Shown here: positions 1 through 8,276 of the stretch, piece by piece
Position numbering within the stretch: position 1 is the stretch's first letter
Layout: each line of letters starts with the position of its first letter
Assembly: GCA_946965045.2 (NCBI GenBank)
Contig: OX337235.1
Coordinates: 434,001 to 498,000 of the forward strand
Origin: Epithemia pelagica
Taxonomy: Eukaryota > Protista > Bacillariophyta
Length of the DNA: 64,000 bases
Direction of reading: 5' to 3'
The notes under the pieces: model-generated
What the model was told of the DNA's origin: nothing
The model's input: the letters and a program-made list of their open reading frames with translations, nothing else
Database searches by the model: none
Program-made: the position numbers and the translations under genes

Positions 1-276
1 TCAAGTGGTCCTCAAGGTCCACAATCAAGCCTTTGGCAAAACATTCAGTGGCTGATATTGCGGTCGGAGGTCACCAACCGTGACAATCAAATTCTCAGCC
101 GTGTGGTCCTCAACAAGGCCCACAATCAAGCCTTTGGCAACTCCGCCTTGTCTCTTGGTTTGTTCCAAACCGTTGCCAATATTGCTGTTGGGGGTCACCA
201 AGGTATTGCCCTTCGAGGAGTTACGCCCCGACGAGTGCCCCCGACGAGAAGCATTCCGAGCAGCAAATGATTGCGT

Positions 277-3200
277 CCGAGGGGGGGATGTAATAAAGTA
301 CGTTGAGTTTTCTAATTGTTTGGAATACATAGGAAAACAGTACCATTGTAAAGAAAGATTACTTACGACAATAAGGAACAATCTAATTAGGACTCACAAA
401 TATACTTAGAGGTTACTTAGGATCTACGAGTTTCCAAGCAGATAAAGTGGCCGCATTTGTGTGTTGGGCGTTGTGTTTTGTGTTTTCATCATTCGTTTGG
501 AAAAAGGAAGACCTGACCATGACGAAACCTCCTACGGCCGTTGTCAGCCCCATGCCTTCCAAGGACAAGGGAAATCGTGGCATTGTGTCTTCTCCTATCT
601 CCATTGCTTCTTCTTCGTCGTCTTTGTCGTCGTGTTCATCGTCTTCGTCGTCTTTATCGTTGTGTTCATCCTCGTCGGACGCCATCTCACTCGCCTTTGT
701 ACCTTTGGACGGTACCTTCGTTCCAAAGATGGATGAATGCACTGGGAGCAACACCGATGCTCACAGTGTTCATTCCGATCCTTGGTACCTTGCCAAGTTG
801 GAGAAAATGTAAGTTTGATTGTTGTTTTTCGTCATTGTCGACCAGTCTTCCTTCCTGCAACTCTTCCTTCCTTCCTCTCTTTCTGCGCGCGTGCCCCGCC
901 TCATCCATTTTTGAATTCGTTGCTGTGTTTACCGTGCAAAACAAACCTCACACTTTTTCTTCCATTGCCATTTTTGCATCCCATTGAAGGAAACAAAAGA
1001 CCATGGCCAAGACTCCGCTCCGCCCCCGTCGATCTAAACGCAAGCTGCTGCTGCAGCAGCCAAGAAGAGGTACCGCGATGAAGAGATAGACGACATTCCT
1101 CGCCCTCCTGTTCGGAAGGTTACAAAGAAGGTTCATCCGAAGAAGAAACTTCCTCCTCCCACCGTTGACAATGGGAAGGAAAACGTTCCTCCTCCTCCTT
1201 GTCACCATCCTCACCCGAAAGAAAGGTAAGTTGTTGGATCATCATTACCGTCGTCTTTTCTGTATGATTGTTGTGTCTGACAAGAATGGCCTCCTCTTTT
1301 TCAGCACCAATGGGAAGAAGGATCGTCCTTCCCTTTTCGACGAGGAAGACGACGACGAAGAAGACGATCGTCTTCCTCCTCTTGTTCCTTATCTTCCGGA
1401 GTAAGTTGAGGATGAGATACTCCCTTCTTTTGTATGATTGTTGTGTCTCACACGAATGTCGTTCTTTCTTTCAGGGACGATGACGATGAAGATGAAGACG
1501 ATTGGTACCACCTGTTGGAAGATACGGACGACGAGGAACCACTGGACGAACATCATCCTCCTGCTGCCATTGGTCCCCCATCTCCACTCGATACACGAAC
1601 CATTGCCATGGCATGCGTCAAGCAGAGACATGTGACCGAAAATGAGGATGGCGAGCTGATGATTGCGGAGTATCAAAAACTCCCCGTGGATGTGCCACAC
1701 ACCAAGGACAGTATTCAGTACTGGAACACCTTTGCTCGCATCAGCGAGGATGTATACGAAGACGAGAACCACAAGTACGACGTTCGCGAGCTCTCGCAGA
1801 ACTCGGAGTCGTTCAACAAGGCCATAGCAGAACTCTCATTGAGAATTCAGAAGGGTAATAGGTAGTTGGGTAAAAGGCTCGCTGAGCCGACAATCGATCA
1901 CCAACCGATACAACAATCCTCCACGGGTCAGAGAAGAGTTGCAAGTCGAAGTCCGCCGTGGGTTGGGGCAGTCGGTCCACTGATAAGAGGTTAGTCTTAA
2001 GATGAGTGTTAAAATGGTGATATTGTAGTTTTCGATGTCTAGAGGTACGTCCACGATCCGTTGGATTGTCGTATGGATCACACGCTTCTCACCTCTGCTT
2101 GTTGTTTCTACTCAGATGCATTTAGCAAAAGTAACAGACTTTCTATTTGTTAAAAGTCTAGATGATTCGCACGGCGATCTCGCTGGTAAGGCGGCGATCA
2201 TCCCTCTTGACTCCGGTCACCATAAAAATGTAAAATTGACTCTTGCCAACCCTTCGTTCCGGCGTGCAGTGGATTGCAAAGGGAACATGATTGTGTAAAA
2301 CCCCAAGGATCCATGGAGCACCTACAAACTGGTCATGGAGTACCGTAGAGTTGCCCACCTGCCGGGTTGGAAAGGGCTCTTCTTCCTTCGTGAAGCACCC
2401 GCCAAAGTTATTGCCACACGCGCTGACGGATCGACTCACCGTGCCTGGACGGATCTTGTTCCTGATATGTCGAAAACAAAGATTAATCCATTGACTGGCA
2501 TGCTTCCTGGTGGAAAGTTGGGCGAAAATTTCGCTGCGCGCAAGACGAAAGAGTTGGCTAAGCGTTGTGGTTTCGAAGGAACCGACAACTTTACTGGTCG
2601 TTCCGCTCGGAGAACTGGGATCACCACGGTTGCGAACTCGGGCGTTCCTCAACCTCTTGCGACGAATTATGGCCGCCACAAGGGTGAAAAGATCAACTTT
2701 GAGTATCAAGAAGTGACGGACCACTCGAAACAGAAGGCGGTGACGGCCCATTGGTGAATGCCATCCGATGACGAAGAAGAAAGCAAAAACGGTACGTTGT
2801 TGTCTGACTGATGCATGTTGTTACTACTTCTGTATCTTACCTCTCTACTGTTCTCGTTTCAGAGGAACCTAAGAAAAAATCTCCACCAGTAGCCGCAAAA
2901 AAAGACGACGAGGACAAACCACCCCCGCTCCTTCCTCCTTCTGCATGGGACAACAACAATACAACAAACACCACACACTCTCATCACCAACACGACAACT
3001 ACCACCACAACTACCAGCGCAACGAGAGTCGCAGTCACTACCACCAACGCGACAACCACTACAATCGGTTGCCTCCTCCTCCTCCCCCTCATTTTCGATC
3101 GTACTCCTACCATTCGAGCGATCGTAACCATGGTGGGTGGACTCCTCCTCCACCTCCACCATCGTATGGACCCCGTTAGGATCATTACCGCGGGCCTTCC

Positions 3201-4180
3201 CCTCCGCCACCCCCTCCTCGATCATATTCGCCACCTCCTCCTGTTCCTTCATCCCGTGTGAATGGCCCAACGGTCCATCACTATCACCATCATTCCTTGC
3301 CACCACCGCCTCCACGTCAGTATCCTGCATCTTCTTCGTGGCCAAACCACGGCAACCACCACAGTGGCTATCACCGACATGGCGGTGATCACTACCATTA
3401 CAACCACGGGGGTCGTCACTACTGTATGACAGAATGAAATGTGTAAGTTACTTCGTTTGCTTTGCTGTCTGTCTATTGCTATTCTCTCACCATCTTCGTC
3501 TTAACAGGTTGATGCTTGAGCTCTTTGTGATGTTCGCTACAAATCCATAGGTAAGTTTGTCTTTTGCTGTTTCTTCTTGATTGCTGTGTTCTTTCCAAAG
3601 GCATGTCTAACCTTAATCTTGATTTCTCTTTGATTTTGGTCCTTCTCGAATGCCGTTTCTCTTTGATTTTGGTCCTCCTCAAATGCATTCACCCTCCCTA
3701 TTCCTTGTTGATTGTTGTCTCTTAATGGCTCTCTTCGATTTCTGTTGTTGCTGGTGCTATCTGTTGTTTTTGCTTTGTCTTGCCTTTGTCTTTGCCTTTC
3801 TCTGCCTTGCCTTCCTTCTTTAGTTGTCGACTTGTCTCGCCTTGTGTCTCTCTTTGGTTGGTTTTCATGTCTCGCCTTTATCCTTTGGTCTGGTTGGTTG
3901 TGATGTCCTTTTTGTTACATTGTCTTTGTCCTGGCTCTGCTGTTGTTTGTTCTTGTTGCTATTGTTGTTCTTGTTGCTATTGTTGTTGCTGTTGTTGCAC
4001 GCGGTTTGTTTTTCGTGGTCTGTTTCGGCTCATTTTGTGACGGTTTCCGTTCGCCTCATTTTTTCGGTTTTTCCCACGACCAAAAATTTTACTTATATAC
4101 ACTAAAATTAAAATTTGAGTACAGTAAAAATTCGGGCTATAGTAACTAGGCACGTGCGGGGGGAATACATCCCCCCGAGG
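277..4180 (+). mobile_element. Crypton-like tyrosine-recombinase DNA transposon, copy 1 (defective)
   Basis: 6-bp terminal direct repeat CCGAGG (277-282, 4175-4180) with inner inverted arms GGGGGATGTA / TACATCCCC. Internal spliced YR gene; no RT. Confidence 0.8.
519..3436 (+). pseudogene. Spliced tyrosine recombinase gene (Crypton/DUF3504-like), inactivated
   Basis: GT..AG introns near 810-988, 1226-1303, 1401-1474, 2046-2115, 2792-2861. C-terminal motifs FTGRSARRTGITT...GRHK...FEY. Lesions: 1-bp deletion near 1040, replacement at 1824-2023, TAA at 2296-2298, TGA at 2755-2757. Confidence 0.8.
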
Positions 4181-4929
4181 ATCAGCGGTCGTCCTCAACA
4201 AGGCACACAATCAAGCCTTTGGCAACTCCGCCTTGTCTCTTGGTTTGTTCCAAACCGTTGCCAATATTGCTGTTGGGGGTCACCAAGGGTGGTTGGACCA
4301 TTCCTGTGGATTGTGCTGCCCCTACGATGACAATGATCCACGATGCTGCTGCAATGCCAAGGCCGATGAGGCTACCATTGTCATGGCTCGAGTGGCGGCG
4401 GCCGCTGGTCCCATGGAACAAGTCATGCCAAGATTTTGCACAGTGACTTGGAAGACTTTGTTTGCTTGGAACTTTGTCAAAGTGGGAGTGCCACCTTTGA
4501 ACATGTCCACGATTGTACCTTCAACTTTGTGTACAATCCCGTTGACAAGGCCTTGACCAAGGTCCATTAAGTGTTTGGGGGATTGTAGTGGACAAGGTTC
4601 GTCGATTGGAGGCACGTGGAGCTCGGCTCCGGTTTCCGATACACCATTCTGAAAATAGGATGGAGCGTTAAGTATATACATGAATAGAAAAAGAAGATTG
4701 CAATCACAGCAGTTTACTTCCTGGAGGAGTTGTGGAAGCCAAGGCGTTTGGACGGGGACACGTGTAGAAGAGGGTCATTTCATGCAGGGTTTGCTCGTTG
4801 AAAGATTGGGTTGTGAGGGTGTGTGCGAGATTTGTTTTCCCATGTTGCAACCAAACCTTTTAGTGTGTCGACACTGTCCATGGCGGGGCCTCTGGGACAA
4901 ACAAACAAAGGAACAAAAATTGCAATCGA

Positions 4930-6240
4930 TTACCGCTTCTTCTTTGGCGTTTGCTTCTTCTTATTCTTCTTCTTTTTCTTTTTGGATGCAGCAGCCATGA
5001 GACGGGTCGGATCGGGTGCCTTTTGCAACCGATACAAGAGTAATTGATTGGAGACATCGTATCGAATTTCCACATTTTGCCACAATCGTTGTTGTTCTTG
5101 TTCTTGTTTGTGGTTGGTGGTGGTGGCAGAACCATTCGAATTGGGAAAGAGGACGGGCCAAAAGTATTCGGGTTGCGACAGGGACCAAATGCAATAATAT
5201 CCCAATGGTTTCAAGACGCGATGGACGGCCTGCATCATGGAATGGACTTGGACTTGTCGACGATCGTGATGGGGATAGGTACAAGAGAGTGGATCGAGCA
5301 AGCCCTTGTCGACCACGGCCTGTATGGAATTGGGACGAAGATTGGGAATCCCATTCGTGGTTTGCGAGGACAATTCCGTCGCATTGTCCAGATACAATTG
5401 CATGCGACCCGCCTCGATTTGATCGTGACACAAGCGAGATTGGACTTGAATGACGGGAGAGGACCAATCGACTTGAATAATGGGGCCTCGATAATACTGT
5501 GGGGGTTGATTGGCCATGTCCCACCCCAATCGTGAGACACCGCATCCGAGAATCAAGACGGGTTCCTTACTATCATTGTTGTTGTTGTTGGAACGAGTAC
5601 TCGAGTTGGTTGTGGATGGTATCCACAACGAGCCACGGTCCTCTCTTTTTCTCGTGTCGCTCTCAATGACACTGTCTTGTTCTTCTTCTTCTTCTTTTTC
5701 CTCCTCCTCTTCCAACTCGGCATTATCACTGTCGTAATCTTTGTCATTGTCGTAGTCGTCTTGCGGTGGCGACAAACCCAGGGTTTTCCACAGAGTTGTG
5801 GTATGCAAGGTGGCCAGTGGATCGTCCTCTTACTTTTTGGTTGAATTGGTTCGCAGTTGGTCCACGTCAAACGTGGTGAGAAACAAGTGTGTTGGTGGTT
5901 GTGCTTCTTCGTTTGAACCGTATGGTCCTTGTGGTGGTGGTGGCGGTGGCACGGGAAGTGGATGATAGGAATAGGATTGCAAGGCGGCATGCGAGACATG
6001 ACCCCATTCACCGGCTGGATTGGTATTGGATCCCGCCGTGGCCAAGAGTGACGACACGGACCCACTGTTGCGATGCGCATAATCCCAGTACACGACGGAT
6101 CCATAACGATGGACGGGCAAACAAAAGTCCAAGGTTTGCCACACCCACTGCTTCCATCGATCCCACATATGCCGATTTCGTAACAACTTTAAGGCGGAAG
6201 AAGAACGGGTCGTCGTCGTCATGATGGTGTCTGGTTCCAA
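4930..6240 (-). pseudogene. Class I SAM-dependent methyltransferase (EEF1AKMT4/METTL13-N-like), one in-frame stop
   Basis: YGSVVYWDYAH, VLILGCGVSRLG (motif I), QVDWS, NSIQAVVDKGLLD. TAA at 5830-5832 where the intact paralog 48774-50078 reads Q. Confidence 0.85.
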
Positions 6241-6463
6241 TCGAATCTATAATAGCTTTCGTTGTTCTCGTCTTCTGTGTGTCTCCTCTCGTGAAAATCT
6301 TTCCGGAGAAATGGACGGACCGGATGACAAAGCCGGCTGGAGGACAGACGCTTTTACGGAGTGTGGACAGACGCCTTAAACCATGACCAAACGCGACCTG
6401 ATCGGGAAAGAAACGCACTTCAAACGCACCTATTTCGATCGAATCTGTTCGGGAGGGCCACAC

Positions 6464-6623
6464 TGTTGAAATTGTGCATGTATCCGTGAGAGATCTAATT
6501 GTATGTCACATTGTATAACCGTTCCAAACGGTCAGCGATACGAGCCGGCCGTCTTCGCCAAATTGGACGACGACAGTAGTGGAAAATAATCTTATAATCT
6601 CTTTGAAACACGAAATTTTAGCA
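6464..6623 (+). repeat. 5' LTR of element A
   Basis: TG..CA ends; matches the split 3' LTR. Confidence 0.95.
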
Positions 6624-6644
6624 GTTTATCAGACCCATCGTCTG
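6624..6644 (+). promoter_or_regulatory. Primer-binding site of A (complementary to a tRNA-Ile(GAU)-like anticodon arm)
   Basis: GTTTATCAGACCCATCGTCTG abuts the LTR. Its reverse complement contains TGGGT-CTGATAA-AC (stem, loop with GAT anticodon, start of 3' stem). The same 21-mer is found in B. Confidence 0.75.
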
Positions 6645-6680
6645 CTTTGAGTTTGTTTTTGTTGTGAAGTACAAAGTACT

Positions 6681-8276
6681 ATGGTCCTCACCGCTGCCCA
6701 GAACACCGCTTTCTTCGAGAACCCTGATCAAATGGGCATTCCCCATGCGACAGTGGTCCAGCTTCAAGTTGAAGGGATTACGACGATTCTTGATTTGGCC
6801 GACTTCGACTCGGAAACTCTCAAGCAGTTGGCTGAGAACCTTCGTAAGCCGGCAGGGAGAATCCCCGATCCCAACCCTGGAGCTGCCCCTGGCGCAACGA
6901 TACCTACACCACCGTTTACCTTCGGCGCGAAGTCTCAGCACCGCCTGGGCGTAGCCTGTGAGCTGGTCCGATTCTATGAAACGGTTGGGCGTGATCCATC
7001 GGCTGGTAATATGCGTTGGACGCATGTTGTAAAGAATTTCGAGGTCCAGTGGAAGGCTTTGAAGGACCGAAAGGATGGTGACGATCCAGAAGTTCCTAAA
7101 ATCACCAAGGCCCTACCGATCATCAAATGGACGGAAGCATTTCACGACTATGCCAACCGCGTGATCGGTGCGAGAATGATTCCCCTTTCATATGTCATCA
7201 GGCCCGAGGTCGATGTCCCGGTTGTTGCACCTCCCCAGGCAGCAAATAAGCCCCATTCGGAAGAACATGGTTCTGTTGAGGCGGAACTAGTTGCCCGTGC
7301 CTCACATGGACATGAATTGTATCGTGAGGACAATGCTACCGTGTACTACAGTTTGGAAGAGGCGACGCGTGGTACGTCCTATGCCGCGTCGATCAAACCT
7401 TTCCAACGTACAAAAGATGGTAGGGGAGCCTGGAATGCTCTAACAAATCAATACGCGGGGAAAGATAAATGGGAGTCGGAGATCAAGAAACAAGATGATC
7501 TACTCCATACCCGCATCTGGAAAGGGCAAAACAATTTTCCCCTTGAGGGATTTTTGGCCCAACACCGAAATGCATTCGTGTCTATGCAACAGTGTGCTGA
7601 GCACGTTGAGTACCAACTGCCCAATGAACATACCCGAGTAGGGTATTTACTCGAAGGCATCCAATGTTCGGATGCTGGATTACAGGCTGCTATGGCCAGT
7701 GTGCGGACCGATGACGGCCCGACTGGAATGCGTAATAATTTTGAAGCAGCAGTGGCACATTTACTGCCATATGACCCCGTTGCTAAGAAAAGGGCTGCTG
7801 CTGGAGCAAAACGACAGTCGGCACAAATCTCTTCTGTCGATAATGAAACCAGTGAATCAACCGTTGCTGAGGTCAGTGGGGCCAGTGCTGGTGGTGGAAA
7901 GTCTACAGCCAAGCCGAGCATTGGCAAAACAGGCGTCCACTTTCGATACCACACACCCGATGAATATCACACCCTATCCAATGAGCAAAAGGATGAGCTC
8001 CGTGAGTGGCGCAAAGCCAATCCTCAGAAGTCGGAAGGGAAAGGCAAGAGTGACCGAAAGGCCAAACGAGCAGCACGACGCCAAATCTCGTCGGCAGTCG
8101 CAAAAGCCATCAAGAAATTGGCAAAGGAATCCCAACCGACAAATGACGACCAAGTCAGCCTCGACGCCCAGGTTGCATCCATGGTTCAGAACGCATTAGC
8201 ACAAGAGGTAGATTCGAAGCCTCCTGCAAAGAAGCAAACAACTCTTCAGTCCATCCTGAAGTCTGTTCGAAATTGA
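6681..8276 (+). CDS. gag: Gag of element A (531 aa)
   Basis: Long ORF directly after the PBS; copia Gag-like core (IPLSYVIR, DGRGAW..L..QYAG); no CCHC knuckle seen. Confidence 0.85.
   Translation: MVLTAAQNTAFFENPDQMGIPHATVVQLQVEGITTILDLADFDSETLKQLAENLRKPAGRIPDPNPGAAPGATIPTPPFTFGAKSQHRLGVACELVRFYETVGRDPSAGNMRWTHVVKNFEVQWKALKDRKDGDDPEVPKITKALPIIKWTEAFHDYANRVIGARMIPLSYVIRPEVDVPVVAPPQAANKPHSEEHGSVEAELVARASHGHELYREDNATVYYSLEEATRGTSYAASIKPFQRTKDGRGAWNALTNQYAGKDKWESEIKKQDDLLHTRIWKGQNNFPLEGFLAQHRNAFVSMQQCAEHVEYQLPNEHTRVGYLLEGIQCSDAGLQAAMASVRTDDGPTGMRNNFEAAVAHLLPYDPVAKKRAAAGAKRQSAQISSVDNETSESTVAEVSGASAGGGKSTAKPSIGKTGVHFRYHTPDEYHTLSNEQKDELREWRKANPQKSEGKGKSDRKAKRAARRQISSAVAKAIKKLAKESQPTNDDQVSLDAQVASMVQNALAQEVDSKPPAKKQTTLQSILKSVRN

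Larger units (their letters stand above)
1..4560 (+). pseudogene. Fragment of secreted-protein gene S (second repeat domain) split by a 98-bp duplication and the YR element; exonic parts 1-203 and 4191-4560
   Basis: VVLNKAHNQAFGNSALSLGLFQTVANIAVGGHQG and CGLCCPYDDNDPRCCC match the intact 342-aa S protein; frameshifted further on. Confidence 0.85.
1..6463 (+). repeat. Segmental duplication, copy 1 (Z' arm); direct repeat of 43505-50177 plus 53565-53715
   Basis: Window start TCAAGTGGTCCTCAAGG recurs at 43505. ORF-track peptides recur at offset 43504 (25..381 vs 43529..43885), rising to 43844 after internal indels (4930 vs 48774). Confidence 0.95.

Noticed and set aside
3470-4110. Hydrophobic or Cys-rich ORFs near the YR element's 3' end
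   Set aside because: They arise from TTG-rich microsatellite and an 18-bp repeat (2 units in copy 1, 3 in copy 2); probably UTR.
279-4179. Reading the YR element as a DDE-type TIR transposon with a 3-bp GAG TSD
   Set aside because: Formally possible, but the shared flank extends to 6 bp (CCGAGG) and the only enzyme encoded is a YR.
277-4180. DIRS/Ngaro YR retrotransposon or Helitron interpretation of the YR element
   Set aside because: No RT/RNase H or Rep/helicase, and no TC..CTRR ends; the gene has introns and the ends are short direct repeats.
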